Below are positions 1 through 13,364 of a stretch of 64,000 nucleotides of DNA, in pieces. Positions within the stretch are counted from its first letter, which is position 1. Each line of letters begins with the position of its first letter. The translations under genes were made by a program, and so were the position numbers. Below the pieces are notes generated by a model. It saw only the letters and a list, made by a program, of their open reading frames with translations. It did no database searches and was not told the DNA's origin. This DNA is from Octopus bimaculoides. Its lineage: Eukaryota. The stretch spans positions 65,349,991 through 65,413,990 of the forward strand of contig NC_068981.1 of assembly GCF_001194135.2 (NCBI RefSeq), read 5' to 3'.

Positions 1-175
1 ACACATATATACGACGGGCTTCTTTCAGTTTCTGTCTACCAAATCCACTCACAAGGCTTTGGTCGGCCCGAGGCTATAGTAGAAGACGCTTGCCCAAGGT
101 GCCACGCAGTGGGACTGAACCTGGAACCATATGGTTGGTAAGCAAGCTACTTACCACACAGTCACTCCTGCGCCT
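1..175 (-). mobile_element. tRNA-derived SINE, family A (5' part; body runs off the window edge)
   Basis: Reverse complement begins AGGCGCAGGAGTGACTGTGTGGTAAG..GGTTCAGTCCC with A/B-box-like motifs. Near-identical to copies at 12052-12454 and 41016-41406. Confidence 0.9.
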
Positions 176-723
176 GCAGACTAAAAGAAGCTAGTTGTGT
201 GTACTAAGGAAAATACGTGTCTGTTTGTATTTCCATGTCTTGACAATTTCTATTTGTTGTAAATGAATGTAATTCATTTCCAATATTCTGTGAAGATATG
301 TCTAACTATAGGAAATATTACTTTGCTTGGAAACTGGTAAGGATTGGTGGCAATAAATTCTGTCTGGCACATTGCTGTTGAATTCAAAATGTCTTAATTG
401 TTAATGTCTACATCAAGCGAACCAAACAAATTTCTGACATTCAATTCTAGACATTCCTAGATGTAAACAAGATTCACCAATTTTTCTCTATGGCTCATGT
501 AAATTCACCATTGCTCTAAATTCCACTTTTCTGTACTCGTATGTGTCAGATGAAATTCACTGAGGCAGGTTTTCTAAGGCTAGATGCCCTTCTTCTCACC
601 TACCCTCACCTGTTCCCAATATTTCCCCATGACCAGACATGTTTTCATGGAAGATTGGAAATGGACATGATGATGAAGCTTGTTTACAATTATCAAGTGA
701 TGTGAAGAAAAGGATGCACCTGT

Positions 724-754
<31 letters not shown>

Positions 755-859
755 AATGGCTTCTTTTAATTTCAGTCTGCCAAATCCTCTCACAAGGCTA
801 TCGTCAAACTGACGCTACAGTAGAAATCGTTTGCTGCAGTTGCAATTTATATTTATTTA

Positions 860-1330
860 TCAAATAAGCTTTATTAGGCATTCATTTCAAAACCGCTTTC
901 TTTCGGCAACATTTATAATTCGTTCACCATGTAACCACTGTCTTCCATAACTTTTTTCCGTGTAACAGGATTACCAGCTGCTGCACTATTCTCTGCAGTT
1001 GTATTTGCCAGGGCTGTGGAGTCGAAACAAAAAACTTTGACTCCGACTCCTCTTTACTTAATTAAGTGATTGTGGTCTACATAACTCATAAAGCATAGAC
1101 ATACGCTTGTACTTTAAGTAGGCCTATATGTTATAACTGGTTTATATTAAAGTATAAAGATATTGTGAGTCAGAGTCGGTGTAGTTTTACTGACTCTAAC
1201 TACCCCTTAATTGTTTCTGACTCCAACTCCGACTCCACAGCCCTGGTATTTTCCCCATACAATTTTAGGATATTCCAGATAGTCTTTTAAAGCTGTTACA
1301 CTGTCCAAAAAGTGTTTCATTAGTTTATTC
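860..1330 (-). mobile_element. Decayed L1/Tx1-like LINE 3' end, interrupted by a MITE
   Basis: With the MITE removed, the minus frame reads MKHFLDSVTALKDYLEYPKIVWGKYNCRE*..GRQWLHGERIINVAERKRF*NECLIK, then an A-rich tail. Resembles Tx1-clade ORF2 C-termini (recognition only). Confidence 0.45.
1009..1245. mobile_element. hAT-type MITE
   Basis: TIRs CAGGGCTGTGGAGTCG / CGACTCCACAGCCCTG; 8-bp TSD GTATTTGC (1001-1008) vs GTATTTTC (1246-1253); subterminal GACTCC repeats. Confidence 0.9.
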
Positions 1331-2609
1331 TTTAGTTTCATTTTCTTTGGACTTCTGCAGCTAGTTAAATGTCTTGTATAGCATAGTAAATCAGATTCTT
1401 ACATTTGGTTTTTGAATTTTTATGGCAAACTATCAACTTCATTTTAAAGAAAAGATAGAGAACTGCAGTATCTGAACACATCATATGCAAGAGAATAGGA
1501 TATTGCTACATATATATATGTATGTATATAAATATATTAGATGAAGATAATGAAATGGATTCCAAATAAAATAAGCATAAGATCATTATATCAGTTTTCA
1601 TTTGTAATGTAATTTTGCTTCAGTAGACATTTTTCATTATTCTTCATGTTTCTCCATCAGACAGCCATCTAGAAGGTTCTATGTGAAAGAATATTTACCT
1701 TTTCTTTCTTTTTTTCTCATCTTTAATTCTTTCCTCAGCATTTCATGAATACTAAAATAAAATCATACAATTAATTAATTGAAGGATTAACCTGGGATTG
1801 ATCTGTGAACACATTTGTTTATTTTAAACACAATAGACACAAATAGACAGAGATAGAGTGGGGAGATGGGACTAAACTATCTATTGCCTATGTGTGTGTT
1901 TGTTCCCACTTTTGGTTTAAAATACAGAAAAAGAAAAATGCTGTAATGTTTTATTTATTTATCAATGTCTCTAACAAGTGTTTTCTTGTTCCAAAGTATT
2001 AGGTTACTTTTCTTCTTCAGTCTGAAGAATTTTACTTGAAAGTTTAAACCCAGACACAACATACCTCACAGCCATGGCTAGCAACCAAGTAATTGGTTAT
2101 TTCCTCATGTAGTCTTTGCATTCACTGACATTGATTATTCAAAGCTAAGTATGCGTGTAAGCACAGATTGTTCAAATTGTGTGTGTGTGTGTGTGGAGAT
2201 ATGTTGCCTAGTGACAGTGGTGTTGCAAACATGATCATCAGATCCCAGACTGATGGGTGGTATGTTGTGTTCTTGAGAAAAACTCTTCATTTTGCATTGC
2301 TCTAGTACTGTGTGGAGACCAGCATGCCAAAGAATAACCTCATTTCCTCTGCATATCATAAAAGGGGACTAAAAGAGGTTAAAATAGGAGTTGCACTCTG
2401 ACCTCAAAAAAGAAACCCTTGCCTGCAACAACTACCCAAACAAATCCATGGGCTGGAGGGTTTTTGCGTGAGTGGTGCAGTGGTGTCATCCACCACCAGG
2501 AGTAATAGGGAATCACCAAGAAATGGTGGATGCAGCAATGTGCTGTTACAGCTATTAAAATTCATTACATAATTTCTGTTCCTGTGCCATTTATTTAATT
2601 ATATATATA

Positions 2610-2746
2610 AATCTGTGACAATTATTCGGTAGCCATGATAAAACTCCGGATTTCAGATGCCGGGGCGGAAACCCACGCCACCATCTCTTCAGTTATCTGG
2701 CCATCGAAGATGTCACATATTATTTGTCGCACAATTGTCACATATT
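2610..2746. other. CpG-rich cassette flanked by inverted TGTGACAATT motifs; promoter-like or mini DNA transposon
   Basis: Many CpGs in a CpG-depleted window; GGGGCGG overlapping CGGAA; AATCTGTGACAATT (2610-2623) is inverted to AATTGTCACATATT (2733-2746). Confidence 0.35.
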
Positions 2747-4730
2747 ATTTACAGATAAATTCCTCTATTTACATAATATCAAGGTCTCTTTCTTTCTTTT
2801 GTTGTCTTACCTTTTCTACAGTATATAAGTATATATGTATATATAAAATCTTTCTTACATCTACTTCTCCATGCTTGCTTGAATGTGACAGAATTGGTCG
2901 AGGCAGATGACCTCTCTTTTTGCTAGATGACCTTTTGCCAATTCCAACCAGCTTCTAAGCCATGTAATATTTCCGCATGACTGGACATGTTTGCATGGAA
3001 GATTGATAACAAATGACACCACTTGTATGACAGTAATGCTTGTTTACAACTATCATGCAATGTCAAGATAAAGAGGCGCAAACAGATACACACATACATG
3101 TATATACATCCATGTATGTGTGTGCATGTTTGTATACATGCGCGTACGCACACACACACAGAAGCTTCTTTCTGTTTCAGTCTACTAAATTCACTCATAA
3201 GACTGTGGTCTGCCTAAAGCTTCATTAGAAGACACTTGTCAAAGGTGTCATACACATACTAGGACTGAACTGAAAACTGCATGGTTGAGAAACAAACTTG
3301 TTAACCATATAGCCATTACTGTGCCTTATATCTATAAAATATATAAAATAGTCAAAATTAATATGCAGTTTATTTTTCACTTCAATGTTTTTATAGTCTA
3401 TTTTGATATATGACACTCCATCACTTTCCCCTAGTGTGTTATTTCTACAATATTAAGATTTGTACAATATTAAACAGATTTTTATTCCTCTCTTGTTAAA
3501 TAAAAGATATAGAAACATTTTTTTTCCTCACTTGTTAAACAAAGAAAATTTAAAAAATAAAAAAAATAAATGTAAGTGAAGAAAAATGTTTGTTTATATT
3601 AAAGTAATTGGAAACATCACAATTGAAGCATTTGTAAGCATTTGAAATATTCTATAGTTTTGCAAATGCTTAGTTTTTGTTAATATTTGTTTTTCAGCTG
3701 TATTATTACTCTCTCATTCTTTTCTTTAAGCATGTAAATACGAAAAAATTTATAATGATAATAATGACAACAACAGCAACAATAATAATTTGAAAAATGT
3801 GAATAAACATAGAAGAAAAAGTTTAATCTTTTGTACTATTTCCCTTTTGGCAATATTACCAAATTTTTATAAACACTCAGTGCTAAGTGAAAGTCGTTTC
3901 TAGCTTACTTGAATCACTATGAAGCATTTTGGCTCTGAAATTTTGTTATATGATATTGGCTGAGGGCAACAAGTTGCAACAGTGAATTTTATACATTTTT
4001 AACTATCATTTGCATCTTGACTAGGGAAATAATAATCTTTTATATAGTTATCAAAATAATAATGATGATGCTTTCTAAAGATATGCACAAGTCCCACAAA
4101 TATTTTGAGGTGGGATATGTCAACTAAATCAGACTGCAGCGTATTACTGGTATTCATACTTGTTGACTCCAGTGTGGTTTGAACTCCATATGTAAGGATG
4201 AAAGTGGATAATGTATTTAATCTGATGTGCTTCTGTATCAGCTGTTCTGTTCTCCTTGATGTAATAGTAATGATAGTGATTGTAGTGATGATGATAATGA
4301 TAATTTTCTTGTATAGCCACATGGCCTGAAATTTGTGGGAGGGCAACATTCACTTATATCAACCACAGTAATTAACTGGAACTTTATTTTACTGAATGTC
4401 AGAGAAATATGTAAGGCGAAATTAACCTTGGCAGGATTTGCACCAGAATGTAAAGAGCTAGAATGAATATTATAACACAGTTTTTCCCAAGCCCTAATGA
4501 TTCGGCCAATCTCTGCCCTCATATCAACAAGGATAATATTATTTTTTTAATATAGTCACAAGGTCTGAAATTTAGGGGAGAAGAGTAGTTGATTATATCA
4601 ATCTTAGTGTTTCACTGGTACTTTATCAACTCCAGAGGGATAAAAACCAAAGTTGACCTCTGGGATTTGAACCCGAAGATAAAAGAACTGAAACTAAATA
4701 TCATAAGGTATTTTGTCTGATATTCTAATG

Positions 4731-4975
4731 GTTGTAGTTGATGCTCTGAGAGCAGTTAGTAAAAGGTTGGAAGCATGGTTTGAGAAGCTAGGAATTACCA
4801 TAAGGACAGGGCTGTTGCAGAAAACAGCCTTGTTAGGAACAGTAAGGATTCTAAGGAAGGTGTTAGAAAGTTGAAGAAGGAATGACCCAAAGGACCTTTG
4901 GCCATTTGATATGGTTCACTCTTTTGGTATAGTGTCACTATAACACCTGCCAGAGCAAAAGCATCAATGAAAATA
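4731..4975 (+). mobile_element. R4/Dong-like (RLE-type) non-LTR retrotransposon, 5'-truncated 3' end
   Basis: Frame VVVDALRAVSKRLEAWFEKLGITIRTGLLQKTALLGTVRILRKVLES*, matching the GALG..LQK.ALLGT.RILR C-terminal motif. Possible 9-bp TSD ATTCTAATG (4722-4730, 4976-4984). Confidence 0.8.
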
Positions 4976-5955
4976 ATTCTAATGTAGATACAAGAAAGGC
5001 CTGAAATTTGTGGGTAAGAGATATGTCAGTTACATTGGATTCCCCCACCTCCAGTATATGACTGATTACTTTCCAATTGCTGAATGACTGCCATAACTAT
5101 AACAGTAATTTGAGAGTTGTCTTAGTGTAAATTAGCATCTATTTGGTAATATTGTCACAGAGTAATAATACCAGCAAGAGGTAGTCTTTTGATAGGTCAA
5201 AGTCTATAATTTAGCTGTTGTTTAAGCCTTAAGTCATCTTTCACCAAACAGATAAAAAAACATAGAAATCATGTTCGTTGTCTCTTTTTTTCTTTTCTTA
5301 CATAAGAGAGATGGCTGCTATTCCTAGCCGGTCAAGTTTCACTGTAGAGAGATTCACTTATGGGCTTAGCAATGCCACTCAGGAATGTCACTACTTTCTT
5401 TCATTCTCCTCTTCTAAGAATCTTCATACATGGCTAGTGATGACAAAATGCCATTCTAGGGTATCTGCATCTAAAAACTTAGACCCCTCATCCCCATGCA
5501 AAATTATATAGAATTTTGGACCCTTGTTCTTAAACTTTATTTGTGGCTTAGACTCTGTTTTATTTAGATAAACTCAAATCAGACCTCACCAAGAAGACCC
5601 ATATAAATACATCCATTTTAAAGATATTAGTATGAAAATTCAAGGAGTTTTAGCTGCTATTTCTTGCCATTCAGATAATGCATAGAAATTTCCTTGACTT
5701 GCAAAAGATCTGTTACAAACACTGGTTAATGCTGTTTTTCTAAATAGTAACCCTCTATACATGTAACTGTGCTAATGTGGATGACTGAATCTGGTTAGTA
5801 AACCAAGAAGTTGATGGTTCCATGGCCAAGATATTTAACTCTTTTGAAGTAGTGCTGAATGGATATTTCATTAAGTAGTTCACTTCATGGCCACATGCTG
5901 CAATTCTACTGTGCAGAATGTGCAGAAGTCTGTTTTGTGTGTGCATGTATACGCA

Positions 5956-6010
<55 letters not shown>

Positions 6011-6971
6011 TTGTATACATGAGTGTGAGTGTGTGCATGTGTATATGTACAAGAGTGCATGCATGTGTGTATGTATGTAATTTACCTTTCTGATAGATAA
6101 GATACCAGTTCATGCAAGATTATTTTCGATTTTCCTCCCCAAAATATATATTTAAGTTAATGAATTTATCTCAAATAAAATCACAAGAGCAAAATAGATT
6201 AACAACTAAGGTGATAGAGGTTTCTTACCATTTTATTGATGGTTATATTGATATCGGTTTGAGCTTTGTGAACAACTGTACATACAATTATAACTCCCCC
6301 ACTCCAACCCTTGATCTGGTACCATCTTATCTTTGAGGCCTGACCTACTCAAATTTGATCAATTCATTCTAAGATTTCTTTGACTTAGGTTCTTTAGCTT
6401 AGTTTCTTTCTGTTGGCAACTCAGCATGGCTCTTTTACCTGTCTTGTGCATTATGACACATTATTTCTAACACTTATGTATTCTTTTAGAGAACATGATA
6501 TGGAATTTAAGAGAATAGGTTTTTCAGATGAATAGTTAGAATTAGTAATCACAACAAATAATACATTTTTTAACAGAAAGAAATATTTATAGTTTAAGGC
6601 CTCTACCACCATCACCACACCTAGTCTTTGCATGCTTTCAACAAAAGTTCACGTTTTTAAAGGGATTCAGACTATGCCCCCAGTTTAAAGGCATTCAGAC
6701 TATACTCCTAGTTCCCATACACCTATGTTTTTACTGCAAACATCTTTTTTAACTGCAGATATTCTGGCTGGGTATCTGCCGTATCAATCCTGCCACTCTT
6801 GGAGGGCCTTCAAAGGTCATCACTCCCTCTCTTCTTCCTTTGACTAACATATGAAAACAAAGTATAAATTTAAATGTTACTTGTCATCTTGTCATAAGTC
6901 AGAGATCTCTTCTACATGCATCACAACTTCAGTGGGTTGTTTTTCAAACTTGTTTGTATTCAGCTTGTCTG

Positions 6972-7007
<36 letters not shown>

Positions 7008-7970
7008 TTATTTATATTGAACAAACATAATCTAATTCCTTTTTTCCTTTCTATTTGTTGCAGAATATTTGCTTTTTCTATCTCTGTTTTATTTGTGCAT
7101 ATATTATCTGATCTTCCTTTCAAACTTATATAGAAAAGTTCTTTATTTTGATTTTATAAAACTTATATAGGTTATAACCTTTATAAAGCATATATAGGTT
7201 ATATGGTCCTGTTGAATATTCCTGACTAAGACACTAGTTTTATCTGGGTACATTGTTGTACTTTATTAGATTAATAGTGGCAGCTATTCTTTAAACCATT
7301 GCCAAAAAAGTTTACCAATATACTGTTCAGTATACCTGTACTGTTATGTCCTGTAATTGACAGAACTAGTTTTTGTATGATTCACTCAGTAAACCACAAA
7401 CTTTATAGACTTTGTTATGTTATTAGTTTGTGGATTTTGTTACATTGTAAGCTACTCCAGATTGTTTGATATGTGATCTCTGCAAAAGATTTTGTTTTCA
7501 TACAATGTATCTCAAGCAAATCAGCTTAGCAGAGCCCATTTCCAAATTGTATTTGAACTTGACAGAGATAGTAAACATTACTTTTTGCACTGCTGTATAT
7601 TGTCCCTGTACTGTATGTAATACCTATTTACATCTATGTGGACTAAACCATGAGAGTTCACTGTTTAAGTTATACATTGTTAATGAGAGGCTACAAGTTG
7701 CTGACTTTTGGACTGATTGTCCATGCTTTCAACTAATAATATCAGTAGTATAACGATTTCTGAGACTGGAGTACTATGTGGAAAAGAGTGGGGTTTTGAA
7801 TGCAGACAAGAGAAAGTCAGCATATTTTGTAGAGTAGAAGTAATTTCAGTAGCCATATGAAGATGCAATGCTTCAATTTAAACAAAGCAATGTGATACCC
7901 CTTTTCTTTTCACTTTCCATTTAGAGTTGATTTGAAATCAGTAACTTTAAATAGATATGATTGTTTAGAA

Positions 7971-8320
7971 CAGTGGTACTCAACTGGGGTCCATACAGTC
8001 CCTGAGGGGCCATATAAGATTTTTGGGTGTCCACACAACAAAGTAGTAAATTGGGGATCCACAATAGTATTTTAAGGGCCGCTGAAAAAAATTTTGCTTT
8101 AGATGTATGTATTGGTATGTATTACCAGAAGCAGCTAGGTTTCTTTTTCTAACATTTTACATACTTCAATCTACACAAGTTCATGTGTGACAAGCTAAAT
8201 AGGAATTTCGAAAGAGATTTCTATAAGACTAGTTTTTAAACATTGGTTGGCTATGAAGGTCGACCAGAATAAAATAGTAATCAAAGGGGTCCATAGATAA
8301 AAAATGGTTGAGCACTCCTG
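7971..8320. mobile_element. hAT (Charlie-like) MITE
   Basis: Termini CAGTGGTACTCAAC / GTTGAGCACTCCTG; perfect 8-bp TSD GTTTAGAA (7963-7970, 8321-8328). Confidence 0.9.
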
Positions 8321-9689
8321 GTTTAGAAGAAGGTCATATATAGGAGATGAGCAGTTATGAGTTTCAGCAACAAGTGATGAATGAGTTGAATATAATCTTT
8401 TTAAACGAATGTAGTTAATTTAAGAGAAAGTTTNNNNNNNNNNAAAAAAAAAAAAAAAAAAAAAAGCAAGCTGCAGGCACAAACAAGACACACTTGGGTA
8501 AAAATTGTGCTGCTGTGTACTGATAAAAGGAGCCCATGTTATCAGTTGATGAAGGAATTCTTGAGGTGAATAAGTTAGACCCAACTTAACATATATCTCA
8601 TGGATTATAAAGTATTAAAATTGTATTTAAGATTTTGCTGTTTACATATGATCAACATATTGTATTTTGATATGACCCAGTTTCAAGAATCTTATTTGAT
8701 ATGAAAATACAAAATGTATATTTTCGCAACTTTAATGTGTATAGTTTTTATTTTTCCTTCTTTCAGTTATGTATATTTTCTTATCACTGTGTTGTCATGG
8801 TAATCATCATTGTAAACATTTAATTCCCATTAGATCACTCAGCTTGAATATATTCTAAGCTACAAGTTAAAAATCCATTTGTGTTGTTGCTATTTAGCCT
8901 ACTCTAATCTATTGACAGATGTATCTTTTTGTTTCCAGTTCATGACAAGAGATATTACTTATACCTAAAGTTCTCTGGAAATTTTCATGTTAGGCAATGG
9001 AATTGGTTGAGTGGAATTCACTGATATTCATTAGGTTTTTTTATTTTTTGTTTTCTTTTTAACTTTTGATCAGTTTCACTTTGTAATCAAGCTAAATAAA
9101 CTACAATCTCTTACTAACCCCAGAGATGCTGAACAGATAGCATTGCTAAGTACTAACTAGATGCAACAACCTAATGTTATTTTCATTGTCACTACCATTA
9201 TTGGTTTTGCCTTCACTTCACTATCTCATTATAATCATTAACATTAATATTACAATCCACATCAGCATCACTACCACAACTATTGTCTATATTATTACTT
9301 CCGCCATCAGTACTACTGAGAGTGTAATCATTGCTACTGTTTTGAATCTGTTGGTCAGCCACAAACGTCTTGTCAGCTATTTCCTATGTCATTGGTCTGC
9401 TTCAGCAGAGATTACTAAACAAAAATCATTACTGCTTTCGTTATAGTTTGTCTGTCTCACACTTACACTAACATATGGTTTGATAAGTCTTTTCAGAAAT
9501 CTCTCACTCTTCTTTTTTATCATTAGTAAACTTAATGGTATGCCATATTACTCATTCATTTTCAAACCTAGTTATTGATGTGTAACTATGATCAGGCTTG
9601 ATCCAGTAGACTATTATTGTAAGGTGATGTTTGAGAGATTTAGCTGATATTTATAGCAAATAGAAATTTCATTGCTGACTCAGTTTCAA

Positions 9690-9885
9690 GTCTAGTTATT
9701 GTTGTTAAGCCCCAGGTCAATTTTGATCAAAGGTGTTCCCCTTGTGATCATGCCATCATTTTTTTTACAGATATTGTATGCCTAAGATTGTTATCCAATA
9801 TCCTTTTTTTTTTTTTTTTTTTCTGTGATGGGAGATTTGACTGCTATTTCTAATAGGTTGAGTGACCACATAGAAAAGCCATCTC
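9690..9885 (+). repeat. Representative copy of an abundant old interspersed repeat (family X) with no visible tRNA head
   Basis: Motif order GTTGTTAAGCCCCAGGTCAA..TGATCAAAG..TTATCCAAT..polyT..GGGAGATTTGACTGCTATTTCTA..GAGTGACC recurs at least 12 times in both orientations. Confidence 0.7.
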
Positions 9886-10094
9886 AGTGGCTCATGCAAG
9901 TCTAGTATGGGATGGGAGTTATAGATAGAAGTGAAAGCTGAATTATTTTTTTAGTACTTTCTCTCAGTAGACCACTGTTAATCAACCTACAAATAGACTC
10001 AAACTCAACAGTGTGAGTAAATGAAAATGTACTACAATGTCACAGATATTTGCAGCAGTGAAAAATAACACTGTGATAACTACTTAACTGCTAG

Positions 10095-10154
10095 ATGGAA
10101 TGAGCTATTGAAAGATATGCATGTTCACCCAGATCACAGTCCAGTTATCTCCCA
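10095..10154 (+). CDS. Weak candidate exon of the + strand gene: (R)WNELLKDMHVHPDHSPVIS(H)
   Basis: Moderate acceptor (ttaactgctag) and donor (CA|gtaacc); open phase 2 to phase 2, compatible with exon 31863. Confidence 0.25.
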
Positions 10155-10342
10155 GTAACCCTCCATCTATTATAGACTTGGTTGCCCATTAATACTTATC
10201 CTTATCATGGAACCAATTGAACAGTGTATTGTTTTCACAAAATAATTTAAACCTTTGTGGTTAAATACAGAGATTTCCAGTCAAACGATTTCTCTTCTCT
10301 CTCCCTCCTCTCTCTCCATTTTCTTTCAATGTTCTCCCACAT

Positions 10343-10385
<43 letters not shown>

Positions 10386-11350
10386 NNNNNNNNNNNNNNN
10401 NNNNNNNNNNNNNNNNNNNNNNNNNNNNNNNNNNNNNNNNNNNNNNNNNNNNNNNNNNNNNNNNNNNNNNNNNNNNNNNNNNNNNNNNNNNNNNNNNNNN
10501 NNNNNNNNNNNNNNNNNNNNNNNNNNNNNNNNNNNNNNNNNNNNNNNNNNNNNNNNNNNNNNNNNNNNNNNNNNNNNNNNNNNNNNNNNNNNNNNNNNNN
10601 NNNNNNNNNNNNNNNNNNNNNNNNNNNNNNNNNNNNNNNNNNNNNNNNNNNNNNNNNNNNNNNNNNNNNNNNNNNNNNNNNNNNNNNNNNNNNNNNNNNN
10701 NNNNNNNNNNNNNNNNNNNNNNNNNNNNNNNNNNNNNNNNNNNNNNNNNNNNNNNNNNNNNNNNNNNNNNNNNNNNNNNNNNNNNNNNNNNNNNNNNNNN
10801 NNNNNNNNNNNNNNNNNNNNNNNNNNNNNNNNNNNNNNNNNNNNNNNNNNNNNNNNNNNNNNNNNNNNNNNNNNNNNNNNNNNNNNNNNNNNNNNNNNNN
10901 NNNNNNNNNNNNNNNNNNNNNNNNNNNNNNNNNNNNNNNNNNNNNNNNNNNNNNNNNNNNNNNNNNNNNNNNNNNNNNNNNNNNNNNNNNNNNNNNNNNN
11001 NNNNNNNNNNNNNNNNNNNNNNNNNNNNNNNNNNNNNNNNNNNNNNNNNNNNNNNNNNNNNNNNNNNNNNNNNNNNNNNNNNNNNNNNNNNNNNNNNNNN
11101 NNNNNNNNNNNNNNNNNNNNNNNNNNNNNNNNNNNNNNNNNNNNNNNNNNNNNNNNNNNNNNNNNNNNNNNNNNNNNNNNNNNNNNNNNNNNNNNNNNNN
11201 NNNNNNNNNNNNNNNNNNNNNNNNNNNNNNNNNNNNNNNNNNNNNNNNNNNNNNNNNNNNNNNNNNNNNNNNNNNNNNNNNNNNNNNNNNNNNNNNNNNN
11301 NNNNNNNNNNNNNNNNNNNNNNNNNNNNNNNNNNNNNNNNNNNNNNNNNN
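10386..11350. other. Assembly gap after a (CT)n tract; other gaps at 8434-8443, 27119-28085, 35022-35104, 53967-54026
   Basis: N runs, each abutting a simple repeat. Confidence 0.99.
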
Positions 11351-11796
11351 AGATTTTTGTTATTTTTATTTTGCTCATTTCAATGTTTCTGTTTTATTTA
11401 TTTGTAGACATTTTATTTTTAAAGCTAATATTAAGATACTGTTTATTAATGTTTATGTAATATTTTTAGTTAATATTAAGGCCAGTCAAGTTGATAGAAG
11501 GTTAAGAGACTGATCAGTGAGTTGAATTGTTAACATTTGTTATTGTGGCTTAGTCTCAGGACTGCCATGATCAAGTAGATCCATGATCAAAAATATTTCA
11601 CATATGGTCATCACATTTTATATTCAACAACTACCATTTCCAATGTATTCCTTCTTTTTTCGGATGATAGGGTGTGATATTAGGAAGATTTACTAGCCGG
11701 TTAAATGAACACTTCAAGATAAGGCTGCTAATCTTTAGGGCACAGTATAATCCTGAAAGAGTTGCAAGGACAAAATCTTTTACTTTTTGAATTTAC

Positions 11797-11879
11797 CTGA
11801 CGTAACTGTTGCCTTAAATTTTCATTTTTCGTAATTATAGCTAACTGGCATTCCAGATCACGATAGACTGACCGATAAC
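11797..11879 (-). CDS. Internal coding exon, unknown protein: (x)YRSVYRDLECQLAIITKNENLRQQLRQ, possibly coiled-coil
   Basis: Textbook acceptor tcttatttcttatttctttcacag| and donor CAG|gtaaat. 83 nt open in the phase 1 to phase 0 frame. Four CpGs retained. Confidence 0.55.
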
Positions 11880-12051
11880 CTGTGAAAGAAATAAGAAATA
11901 AGATTTTGTTGGAAAAGTGGCTGTTTTACATGCATGGAAAAATAATGGATATAAAACAATTGAAGCAACTTCACACATGTATTCATGAATGAGGGTGTGT
12001 ATGTGTATGCTCATGAATGTATGTTGAACTATACGTACAACATACGTACAT

Positions 12052-12454
12052 ACTCTTTACTCTTTTACTCTTTTACCTGATTCAGTCATTTGACTGCGGC
12101 CATGCTGGAGCACCGCCTTTAGTCGAGCAAATCGACCCCAGGACCTATTTTTTGTAAGCCTAGTACTTATTCTATCAGTCTCTTTTGCCGAACCACTAAG
12201 TTGCGGGGACGTAAACACACCAGCATCGGTTGTCAAGCGATGTTGTGGGGACAAACACAGACACATGAACATATACACATACATATATATATATATATAC
12301 ATATATACGATGGGCTACCAAATCCACTCACAAGGCTTTGGTCAGCCCGAGGCTATAGTAGAAGACACTTGCCCAAGGTGCCACGCAGTGGGACTGAACC
12401 TGGAACCATGTGGTTGGTAAGCAAGCTACTGACCACACAGCCACTCCTGTGTCT
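12052..12454 (-). mobile_element. Full-length young SINE family A with (AGAGTAAA)n tail and a small internal deletion
   Basis: High identity to 41016-41406; tail (TCTTTTAC)n on the + strand; lacks the CTTCTTTCAGTTTCC segment found in other copies. Confidence 0.9.
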
Positions 12455-12961
12455 AATATTTGATAAAATGCAAACTCCTCATTAATATGCTATACAATAA
12501 TCTATTGGTGTAAGAGCTACAACAAAACATTAACTGCTAAAAAAAACAGAAATACTTTCCTAAGATAAGTATCAAATGTTAAGAGTACCCTGTCAGAACA
12601 AATATTTTTAAAAGAAGGGTCATGGCAGATTATTGATTTGCCTAAGTGAATCAGGATTGGGAATACTGATCTAAAGACTCACTCATTGGATCAATGTGAA
12701 ACCTGTTGATGGATTAGGCTTTGATATTTGTGTGACATCGTTTGATATATATAACAAGGTAGAAATGTTGCAAAATTGCCTCTCACACATATCTGGCCAG
12801 TTAGAAATGTAACAACGTTGCTTCATGCAGATGGTTCTCATTTCATGCAATCAAAAGCAACATATTGACAGCTTTGTTGATGCTGTTGCTCAGTTATAAG
12901 CTCTAAGGTTCTGGAGAAGTTGAGAAGTATGTATGCCATGCACATGAGTAGGATAGATTAA

Positions 12962-13188
12962 CCCTTTAGCATTTAAACCAGCCATATCCATATCTGGTTC
13001 AAAATATTCTACATTGTTTTACATGCAAACTGACTAGATCCAGCCTTTCACACCTATCTTACAAGGCCATTCTAAAAATAATCCCATCACTGAATTCTCA
13101 AGACTACAAAATAATTCAGTATTAATACAAAATAATATCAATAAGTAATAAGCATTACTTTTGACAGAGTAATCTGAATGCTAAAGGG
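12962..13188. mobile_element. piggyBac-type MITE
   Basis: TTAA on both sides (12958-12961, 13189-13192); 12-bp TIR CCCTTTAGCATT / AATGCTAAAGGG. Confidence 0.9.
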
Positions 13189-13364
13189 TTAAAGACATAT
13201 TTTAGTGCTTTAAGCCAAGGACATTCATGGTTTTTTTTTTTAATGATAATAAATAGCTTTGTGTGTGTTTTCATATAAACTATTAGATTACTAAATATAC
13301 TTTTTTTTTGTAGAAATGTGTAAATTTTGTGTGAATGTGTTAACTTGGATTATAAACTCTTACA

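Noticed and set aside
2021-2088. Good acceptor (ttcttcttcag) and donor (CAA|gtaatt)
   Set aside because: All three frames contain a stop.
5755-6113. IY/HT/CV-rich ORFs here and at 19599, 20584, 28796, 34212, 59152 etc.
   Set aside because: Translations of (TA)n/(CA)n microsatellites; no splice or homology support.
6660-6715. 28-bp tandem duplication; also a 30-bp one at 17367-17420 and a 20-bp x3 at 49608-49680
   Set aside because: Ordinary slippage duplications; no spacer structure, so not CRISPR-like.
6759-6850. Acceptor ttttttaactgcag followed by open frames
   Set aside because: No convincing donor (gtcatc) and no basis to choose a frame.
10255-11513. 350-418 aa ORFs, and similar ones at 26930-28123 and 34826-35401
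   Set aside because: Artefacts of N-gaps translated as X. The only real content is the RTE RT fragment at 35179. The ~965-N gaps could still hide exons.
11841-11885. + strand terminal-exon reading LTGIPDHDRLTDNL*
   Set aside because: The minus-strand reading has both splice sites and a fully open frame, so it is the better explanation.
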